Shown here: in pieces, positions 50,834 through 59,644 of the stretch | How the letters are laid out: every line of letters starts with the position of its first letter | Position numbering within the stretch: the first letter of the stretch is position 1 | Assembly: GCA_018240595.1 (NCBI GenBank) | Contig: JAFEFL010000063.1 | Location: 172,701 to 236,700, forward strand | Direction: 5' to 3' | Length of the DNA: 64,000 nt | Origin: Pseudomonadota bacterium | GTDB lineage: Bacteria > Pseudomonadota > Alphaproteobacteria > Rhizobiales > Xanthobacteraceae | Translations under genes and position numbers: made by a program | Notes under the pieces: model-generated | Told to the model about the DNA's origin: nothing | The model's input: the letters and a program-made list of their open reading frames with translations, nothing else | The model's database searches: none

Positions 50834-50894
50834 TGGCTTGGCAGATTGGCTTGGCTAAATGGCTTGGCGCGTTGGCTTGACGAGATGGATTGGC
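50834..50894. repeat. Five direct repeats with 13-bp period (TGGCTTGGC-N4)
   Basis: 9-mers start at 50834, 50847, 50860 (TGGCTTGGC), 50873 (TGGCTTGAC) and 50886 (TGGATTGGC). Confidence 0.9.
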
Positions 50895-50913
50895 GAAGCG
50901 AGAGCGGGCGAAA

Positions 50914-51440
50914 GGCGCCTGCGTGATGGTGAAGAAGGCGGCCGGCCCTGAAAACGGGCGCGCGGCCTCACCCGTGTTGTTTGAGCGGCGCCGGGTACGC
51001 CGTCGTCGGAGGTCTTGGGCCTTGCCCTCACTTCGTCTCCACGCGGAGAAAAGTGCGAGGGCGCGGAGCGCCGTGAAACGCGGAGGTTTGCGAGACCTCC
51101 TGAGCGGCCGGCGCGGCCGCCCGAGACGCTGGCGAGGCGTCTTCTCTCCGCTTGCGATCGCGGAGAGGCGCCTCACGGCGCTCCACGTTGTGGCGATTTC
51201 TGTCCGCGGGGCCGTAGCTTCCGGATGACGGCTGCGATCGGCGCCCCTCGCGGGACGACGACCTCCGGCGGGCTTTCGCCCGCCTTCACCGGCACCGCGT
51301 CCAGCCCACTGAAGGGCGGGGGTTCGTAGTAACCCCGGACGGCTGCCCGCGGCCTCCCGGAGGCGGGGTTACGAGCCCCGCCCGCAGGCGCCACACCCTG
51401 CCCCACGTTCAGCGAGCGTCTGCAGAACGCCCCTCGCCTG
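50914..51440. ncRNA. Candidate large structured non-coding RNA or non-autonomous element (strand unresolved)
   Basis: Nested helices 50914-23/51383-92, 50985-94/51289-98, 51007-14/51260-67, 51065-76/51173-84 and 51314-37/51364-83, plus at least 8 local hairpins; no credible ORF. Confidence 0.6.
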
Positions 51441-51456
51441 GGACAAGGCGATTTGC

Positions 51457-51506
51457 AAGGTATAGAAGCCTAGGATGGAAGTCAAGGGGCTAAATTAGAC
51501 CCTTGA
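51457..51506 (-). promoter_or_regulatory. Sigma70-like promoter with overlapping palindrome, pointing into the structured element
   Basis: Minus strand TTGACT-N17-TACCTT (51485-80, 51462-57); palindrome TCAAGGG-G-CTAA-A-TTAG-A-CCCTTGA at 51482-51506. Confidence 0.5.
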
Positions 51507-51552
51507 GCGTTCGATAGCCCGAGACACTTTTCCAAAGTTCGACGCGCCCAAA

Positions 51553-51639
51553 CCGTCATGGCCGGGCTTGGCCCGGCCATCCATGTCTAGAGTCCGTGCG
51601 AAGAAAGTTCTGGATCCCCGCTTTCGCGGGGATGAGCGG
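51553..51639. repeat. Inverted doublet of two different REP-like units
   Basis: CCGTCATGGCCGGGCTTGGCCCGGCCATCCA … TGGATCCCCGCTTTCGCGGGGATGAGCGG. Confidence 0.85.
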
Positions 51640-51647
51640 AGAATGGA

Positions 51648-51896
51648 TCACGCCTCGTTCAGCGATGCGCCGCGGGCGCTCATCGTGTCCTGGCCCTTGC
51701 GCGTCAGCATGAACTTGGCGCCGAGCGCCGCCATATCCTGGTGCGAACAGGTGACGTAGTCGCGCGCGATCAGCGAGGCGACGCGTTCCGCCCGCTCCGG
51801 CTTGTCCTCGTCATGCGCATATTCGCCGATGTCGGCGAGCAGCGCGATGTCGTCGTTGTCGAGATCGTCGCCGGTCGGAACGGGGTTGTCGGACAT
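51648..51896 (-). CDS. Small hypothetical protein (82 aa)
   Basis: GGGAGG RBS; acidic N-terminus; wHTH-like LIARDYV…FMLTRKG ending. Confidence 0.6.
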   Translation of the reverse strand: MSDNPVPTGDDLDNDDIALLADIGEYAHDEDKPERAERVASLIARDYVTCSHQDMAALGAKFMLTRKGQDTMSARGASLNEA

Positions 51897-51954
51897 GGAT
51901 GCGGCCTCCCTCCGGGGATAACGGAGGCGGCGGCGCGTGGTTCCGGGGCGCTTT

Positions 51955-52197
51955 CACCTCTCCCAGCCGAAGTCGGATATATCCGACTTCGACCATCTAA
52001 TAATGCTGAACTCGGGTAAACCCGAGTTCAGGTGGGAGAGGTCGGCTCGCCACTAGCGCGTTTACGCGCGTCTTCGACGCGCTATGGCGAGCCGGGTGAG
52101 GGGTTACAAACTCTCGGGCTCACTTGCCCCCTCACCCCAACCCTCTCCCCCATGCTCGCCGGACGGCGAGCGTCCGCTCGCCTATGGGGAGAGGGAG
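51955..52197. repeat. Composite nested palindromic repeat
   Basis: Four 10-bp stems (ACCTCTCCCA/TGGGAGAGGT, CGGCTCGCCA/TGGCGAGCCG, GGGTGAGGGG/CCCCTCACCC, CCCTCTCCCC/GGGGAGAGGG); three loops carry further palindromic inserts. Confidence 0.88.
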
Positions 52198-52215
52198 CGC
52201 GCCGAGTACGCGGCG

Positions 52216-52602
52216 CTACGCCGCCGGGATCGGACGCGGCCGGCCGTTGTCGTCGATGGCGACGAAGGTGAAGTGCGCGTCGGTCACCTTCTCGTGGTGC
52301 CGCGTCTGGAAGCGACGCGCCCAGGCCTCGACGTGGATCTTCATCGAGGTGCGGCCGATCGAGTCGACATGGGTGTAGACCTCGAGCACGTCGCCCACCT
52401 TGACCGGGCGGATGAACTTCATGGCGTCGACCGCGATGGTGACGACGCGGCCGTGCGCGCGCTCGATGGCGGCGATGCCGCCGGCCTGGTCCATGCGCGA
52501 CAGCACCCAGCCGCCGAAGATGTCGCCATTGGCGTTGGTGTCCGCCGGCATGGCGCTGATGCGCACCGTGAGATGGCCGCGCGGGGCGGTGTCGTCGGTC
52601 AT
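52216..52602 (-). CDS. Acyl-CoA thioesterase (YciA-like hotdog fold)
   Basis: AMPADTNANGDIFGGWVLSRMDQAG, PVKVGDV, GRTSM, FTFVAIDDNGRPR. Confidence 0.92.
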   Translation of the reverse strand: MTDDTAPRGHLTVRISAMPADTNANGDIFGGWVLSRMDQAGGIAAIERAHGRVVTIAVDAMKFIRPVKVGDVLEVYTHVDSIGRTSMKIHVEAWARRFQTRHHEKVTDAHFTFVAIDDNGRPRPIPAA

Positions 52603-52754
52603 GTCGCTGTCCTTGAAAATCGCAGAGTCCGGGCGCGGCGAGAAAAGCCCGGGCGCCGCGCCGATGCAAGGCAGCCGCGCCGGGCCGCGGTTGCCCCTCT
52701 GGCGCGCCACGCCTTTTGATTGTATTGTTGATGAATACAACCAGGAGACCGGAC

Positions 52755-53183
52755 ATGCCAGCAGCGCCGCGTGCCGCCCTCAGCCTCACCCTTCTCTGCC
52801 TCGCCGCGATGCCGGCGGCGGCCGAGGACCCGCGCAACGTCGCGGTCATCGCCTTCGTGGCGGCGGCCGACCATCCGCCGATGCCGGCCGGGCTGCAGCT
52901 CGTCTGCATGCCGGTGTCGGGCCAGGGCGCGCCGAACAGCGACACCTGCCCGGTGGTGAAGTATCAGGGCATCAGCACCTGGGCCTACAGCTTCGCCGAC
53001 AACCGCGTCGCGCTGGCGCTCGTCTCCTACGACGCCGACAACAAGGTGGTGCGCAATGTCGAGAAAAGCGGCGCGCGCTATCTGTTCGACGCCACCTCGA
53101 GCGAGCGCGGCCAGACCGTGACCTTCGTCGGCCAGGCCGAGCAGTGGATCACGGTGCCGTGGAGCGAACTCGGGGCGCCGTAG
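52755..53183 (+). CDS. Exported hypothetical beta-rich protein
   Basis: AGGAG RBS; signal peptide ending AAA; two Cys; WAYSFADNR…SGARY…VPWSEL. Confidence 0.75.
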   Translation: MPAAPRAALSLTLLCLAAMPAAAEDPRNVAVIAFVAAADHPPMPAGLQLVCMPVSGQGAPNSDTCPVVKYQGISTWAYSFADNRVALALVSYDADNKVVRNVEKSGARYLFDATSSERGQTVTFVGQAEQWITVPWSELGAP

Positions 53184-53277
53184 CGGAGCGCCGCCTCACG
53201 CAACCGTGTAACTTCGTGTGCTGCCGGCGCCGCCGACGGCTGTTAGATCAGGGCCATCGCCTTCGAGAGGATGAGCC

Positions 53278-53973
53278 ATGATCAACCGCCCTGCCCTGCT
53301 GCTGTCGCTGGCGCTCGCCGCTTTTCCCTATTGCGCGCAGGCCGAAACCGCGACCGTCATTCCGCCGCCGGCGCATGACGCGGCGGCGTCCGGCGGCGGC
53401 CTTCAGACCGCGGTGCTGGCCGGCGGCTGCTTCTGGGGCGTGCAGGCGGTGTTCCAGCACGTCAAGGGCGTCACCAGCGCCGTGTCCGGCTATGCCGGCG
53501 GCGCGCAGAAGGACGCCGTCTATCAGACCGTGTCCTCCGGCACGACCGGCCACGCCGAGAGCGTGAAGGTGACCTTCGATCCGAAGCAGATCTCCTACGG
53601 CAAGATCCTGCAGATCTATTTCTCGGTGGCGCACGACCCGACGCAGCTCGACCGCCAGGGTCCGGACGAGGGCCCGCAATATCGCTCGGAGATTTTCCCG
53701 CAGAACGAGGCACAGGCCAAGGAAGCGAAGGACTACATCGCGCAGCTGGACGCCGCCAAGGCGTTCAAGCGGCCGATCGTCACCAGGACGTCGACGATGA
53801 ACCAGGCGTTCTATCCGGCGGAGGCCTATCACCAGGATTACGCGACCTTGCATCCCGGCAACCCGTACATCGCCATCAACGACGCGCCGAAGGTGCGCAA
53901 CCTGCAGAAGATGTTCACGGCGGAATGGCGCGACAAGCCGGTGCTGGTCAGGGAGGCGACGAGCGGGAATTAG
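53278..53973 (+). CDS. msrA: Peptide methionine sulfoxide reductase A, exported
   Basis: AGGCFWG, SGYAGG, TGHAESV, FYPAEAYHQDY; N-terminal signal peptide. Confidence 0.93.
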   Translation: MINRPALLLSLALAAFPYCAQAETATVIPPPAHDAAASGGGLQTAVLAGGCFWGVQAVFQHVKGVTSAVSGYAGGAQKDAVYQTVSSGTTGHAESVKVTFDPKQISYGKILQIYFSVAHDPTQLDRQGPDEGPQYRSEIFPQNEAQAKEAKDYIAQLDAAKAFKRPIVTRTSTMNQAFYPAEAYHQDYATLHPGNPYIAINDAPKVRNLQKMFTAEWRDKPVLVREATSGN

Positions 53974-54043
53974 GCGTCACGCGAACGCACGCACGCCGCG
54001 CATCTCGCCCGATGCGCGGCGTCTGGCGGCTGGCGCAAAGGGA

Positions 54044-54613
54044 TCACGCCGCACGGCGCTGATGCTTGCCCTCCCTGACCTCCTCGATGATCTTCTTTGA
54101 AAAGGCCTCGAGGTCGCCGGGATTGCGCGAGGTGATGACGCCGTTGTCGGTGACGACCTCGCTGTCCTCCCATTGCGCGCCGGCGTTCATCACGTCGGTC
54201 CTGATCGAGTGATAGGAGGTCATCTTCTTGCCCTTGGCGATGCCGGTTTCGACCAGCAGCCACGGCGCATGACACACCGCCGCCACCGTCTTGCCGGCGT
54301 CGTAGAATGACTTGATCAGCGCCAGCGCGTCCTTGTTGACGCGCAGCAGGTCGGGATTGATCTGGCCGCCGGGCAGCACGATGGCGTCATAGTCCGAGGC
54401 GCGCGCCTCCGACAAAGCGCGATCGACCTTCACCGCGCGGCCCCAGTCCTTCTTGTCCCAGCCCTTGATCTCGCCCTGTTCCGGCGAGACGACGTCGACC
54501 TGCGCGCCGGCGCTTTTCAGCCGGTCGCGCGGCACTTCGAGTTCCGATTGCTCGAAGCCGTTGGTGGCGAGAATGAGAATGCGCTTGCCGTCGAGCGGGC
54601 CTGCCATGGCCAT
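54044..54613 (-). CDS. PfpI/DJ-1 family protein
   Basis: AGGAG RBS; GFEQSEL, LPGGQINPD, AAVCHAPW nucleophile elbow, TSRNPGD. Confidence 0.92.
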   Translation of the reverse strand: MAMAGPLDGKRILILATNGFEQSELEVPRDRLKSAGAQVDVVSPEQGEIKGWDKKDWGRAVKVDRALSEARASDYDAIVLPGGQINPDLLRVNKDALALIKSFYDAGKTVAAVCHAPWLLVETGIAKGKKMTSYHSIRTDVMNAGAQWEDSEVVTDNGVITSRNPGDLEAFSKKIIEEVREGKHQRRAA

Positions 54614-54682
54614 GTCTCCTTGTTTGTGGGGTTGTGGAGGACAACGGACAAGGCGCGCGGAGGTTTCGTGACGCGGCCGGCC

Positions 54683-54979
54683 TTATTCTTCCGCCGTCAG
54701 CTTGCGCCGCACGCCCCATTCGGCCAGCAGAGCCTTGAGTTCATCGGCCACAAAGAAGCGCGCGCTGTCGCGGTCATAGCCGTCCGCCAGCAGCGCGTCG
54801 TAATCGGTCAACGTATGGCGGGCATAGGCGACCAGCGACAGCCAGGCTGCGTTCTCGGGCGTGGCGACGGAAAGGCCCGGACTGTCCATGGCGTGATCGA
54901 TCACCGCGGCGAACTCGAAGGCCGGCAGTCGCGGCGCGAGATGGCGCAAGGCGGCGGCGATGGCGGAGCGGGTGGGCAT
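54683..54979 (-). CDS. DUF2293-like small protein
   Basis: AWLSLVAYARHTLTDYDALLADGYDRDSARFFV pattern. Confidence 0.75.
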   Translation of the reverse strand: MPTRSAIAAALRHLAPRLPAFEFAAVIDHAMDSPGLSVATPENAAWLSLVAYARHTLTDYDALLADGYDRDSARFFVADELKALLAEWGVRRKLTAEE

Positions 54980-54997
54980 GGAGACACTATAACAAGC

Positions 54998-55024
54998 AAA
55001 CGGCGGGCTTATGGCCCGCCGTTT
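54998..55024 (-). terminator. Intrinsic terminator downstream of rpoD
   Basis: AAACGGCGGGC-N5-GCCCGCCGTTT followed by a T-rich tract on the minus strand. Confidence 0.75.
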
Positions 55025-55037
55025 CATTTCCATGACG

Positions 55038-55084
55038 GTCCCGGTTCTGCGCAGCGGCGTTTCACGCCGCAGCGCGCCCGGGAC
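55038..55084. repeat. REP-like palindrome (different family) after rpoD
   Basis: GTCCCGG…GCGGCGT-TTC-ACGCCGC…CCGGGAC. Confidence 0.65.
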
Positions 55085-55091
55085 AAGGGCG

Positions 55092-57221
<2,130 letters not shown>

Positions 57222-57374
57222 CTGCTTCTCCTGGACCTTCCCAGCCATCGCGTACTCCGCCTGCCCTAATCGACTAACTCTCAAACCCGGCATCCCCGGC
57301 GCGGATGCCAAAAAAGGGCCGCCGCCGGGGAAAAGGCAGGGCCCGAATCAGACCGCAGTGTCGTCGGCGGCGGC

Positions 57375-57390
57375 TTAAGCCCCGATTAAC
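57375..57390. promoter_or_regulatory. CtrA-binding consensus upstream of rpoD
   Basis: TTAA-GCCCCGA-TTAAC, an exact TTAA-N7-TTAAC match. Confidence 0.7.
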
Positions 57391-57543
57391 CGAATAAAAC
57401 CAACGGGAAACGGTCTGGCTTCCCCGCCGGCTGAACCCGTCTGTCCCCAAGTCCCCGCCCTAGTCCGTGACTCGGCCTGTCGTTCCGGTCAAGCCAAAAG
57501 GCTCGAAAAATCGCTCATTTTAGAGCGTTCTCGAAGGCGTCTC

Positions 57544-59538
57544 TCAGAGCGTTTTGGCGCCCCGGCCGGAGGAAGCGCCGAAGCCTTCGATCAGCGCTTC
57601 GGTACCGTCCATGCGGGACAGCCGGTCTTTGACGTCGCGGAGCCGCAAATAATTCGCCTCGCTGGCGTCCTGGCCCAAGGCCAATTCGGCATCCTTGAGC
57701 TCCTTAAGTAGGGAATGCCACTGCCGATGCAAGGCGACAAGCTGTTGCCACGTCACCAAAACATCGTCCGGCGCGGCATCCGGCCGGACGCCCCAGACCG
57801 AGGCCGTCGTCACCGCGGCAAAGACCCGCTCCAGCGTGTCGGACAGGCCCCGGCTGGCCAGATCGGCCCGCAGGGTGTCCGGTTCGAGGCCGGCGGCGTG
57901 GTCGACCGAATGGGCGGCGATGTCGATCAGGGCTGCTTTGAGCTTTTCCGCCTCGCCGTGGCGGAACTCCAGCGAGGCCAGTTCCTCGAGGTGATCGTGC
58001 AGCAGCCAGGGGTAATTGATGGTGGCCTGCAGGATCAGCGCCTCGCGCGTCGGCACCGCGGTGCGGTGACCGCGATGCACCGGGCTCGCCGCCATCTGCT
58101 GGCTCATGACGACATAGGGACCGCCGGCGCCGCCGGGACCACGCTGGCCGACGATGCGCGGCTGCCACTTGCCGGAGCGGCCGCCAATGCCGCCGAATTG
58201 CCCGCCGCCGCCGAACGATCCGCGCTGCCCGCCGAAATGGCCGCGCGCGACAAACCCCGGCGGCTGCGCCGGGGCGAAGAAGGCGCGCAGCCGTTCGCCG
58301 AAATCCTGCCGGTAGTATTTGCGCACGGCCTCGTCGGCGATCTGCTGGGTGACCTCGTTGATCCGCGCTTCCAGCGCCGCGCGCCGCTCCGGCGTATCGA
58401 ACGAGTGGCCCTCGGTCTCGCGCGCCCACAGCATCTGCGCCAGCGGCTTGGCCGCGTTGATGACATCGCGGATGGCGTCGGCGCCGGCCGAACGCAACAG
58501 ATCGTCCGGATCCTGGCCCTCCGGCAGCAACGCAAAGGACAGGCTCTTGCCGGGCTTGAGCCGCGGCATCGCCAGATCGACGGCGCGATAGGCGGCGCGC
58601 ACGCCGGCCTTGTCGCCGTCGAAGCAGAGGATCGGCTCGTCCGCCATTTTCCAGAGCAGCGTGATCTGATCCTCGGTCAGCGCCGTGCCGAGCGGCGCCA
58701 CCGCGGCGGCATAACCGGCCGTCACCATGGCGATGACGTCGACATAGCCCTCGACCACCACCACGGGCGCGCCGTCATGCGCGGCCTGGCGCGCGGCGGC
58801 GATGTTGTAGAGCGTGTGGCCCTTGTGAAAGAGCGGCGTCTCCGGCGAGTTGAGATACTTTGCCGGAACGTCCTTCTCCAGCGCGCGGCCGCCGAAGGCG
58901 ATGACGCGGCCGCGGATATCGGTGATCGGAAACATCACACGGTCGCGGAAGCGGTCGAACGGCACCGGAATGTCGTCGCCGGCGATCAAGAGCCCGGCCT
59001 CGACCATGTCGGCGGTGGAAATGCCGTGCGAGCCGAGATGCTCCTTCAGCGCGTAGCGGTCGTTCGGCGAATAGCCGAGGCGGAATTTGACCTGCGTCGC
59101 GGCATCGAGACCGCGATCGGCGAGATAGCCGCGCGCCTTGGCGCCGAGACGCGACGACAACGTGGTCTCGAAGAATTTCGCCGCGATCTCCATGACGTCG
59201 TGCAGCGTCTTGCGCCTGGCGTCACGGCGCTGGTCGTCCTCCGACACCTTGGGCAGCGGCATGCCGGCCATCTGCGCCAGCTGTTCGACGGCTTCGGGGA
59301 ACGACACGCCCTCGGTCATCATGACGAAGTCGAAGATCGAGCCGTTCTTGCCGGAGGAGAAATCGAACCAGGCTTCCTTCTGGTCATTGACGAAGAAGGA
59401 CGGCGTCTTCTCCTTGTTGAACGGCGACAGGCCTTTGTACTCGCGGCCGGAGCGGACGAGCTTCACCCGGCGCCCGACCACTTCCGACACCGGAAGGCGG
59501 GATTTCAGCTCTTCGAGGAACTGGGGCGTGAAGCGCAT
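57544..59538 (-). CDS. dnaG: DNA primase
   Basis: GLSPFNKEKTPSF zinc-finger region (alpha-type), FRDRVMFPI, KYLNSPET, VEGYVDV, CFDGDKAG, GQDPDD. Confidence 0.97.
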   Translation of the reverse strand: MRFTPQFLEELKSRLPVSEVVGRRVKLVRSGREYKGLSPFNKEKTPSFFVNDQKEAWFDFSSGKNGSIFDFVMMTEGVSFPEAVEQLAQMAGMPLPKVSEDDQRRDARRKTLHDVMEIAAKFFETTLSSRLGAKARGYLADRGLDAATQVKFRLGYSPNDRYALKEHLGSHGISTADMVEAGLLIAGDDIPVPFDRFRDRVMFPITDIRGRVIAFGGRALEKDVPAKYLNSPETPLFHKGHTLYNIAAARQAAHDGAPVVVVEGYVDVIAMVTAGYAAAVAPLGTALTEDQITLLWKMADEPILCFDGDKAGVRAAYRAVDLAMPRLKPGKSLSFALLPEGQDPDDLLRSAGADAIRDVINAAKPLAQMLWARETEGHSFDTPERRAALEARINEVTQQIADEAVRKYYRQDFGERLRAFFAPAQPPGFVARGHFGGQRGSFGGGGQFGGIGGRSGKWQPRIVGQRGPGGAGGPYVVMSQQMAASPVHRGHRTAVPTREALILQATINYPWLLHDHLEELASLEFRHGEAEKLKAALIDIAAHSVDHAAGLEPDTLRADLASRGLSDTLERVFAAVTTASVWGVRPDAAPDDVLVTWQQLVALHRQWHSLLKELKDAELALGQDASEANYLRLRDVKDRLSRMDGTEALIEGFGASSGRGAKTL

Positions 59539-59644
59539 GGACGCGGGTGTACCGATTCGAACCTCCCTTAATATAGGGAGTCCGGGCGGGAGTTTCCGGA
59601 ACCTGCGCGGCGGCCAGGAAAGGCCGGAGTTTGCGAGGGTTTTC

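Noticed and set aside
50834-50894. CRISPR array
   Set aside because: A 9-nt repeat with 4-nt spacers is far too short, and there are no cas genes in the window.
50808-51406. Protein-coding interpretation of the structured region (ORFs of 77-122 aa on both strands)
   Set aside because: Arg/Pro/Gly-rich translations with no RBS or motifs, typical of palindromic non-coding DNA.
50914-51440. RNase P RNA, tmRNA, group II intron or known riboswitch
   Set aside because: No GAAAGTCC P4 motif, no tRNA-like ends or T-loop, no domain V catalytic hairpin, and no aptamer consensus that I recognise; kept as an unknown structured element.
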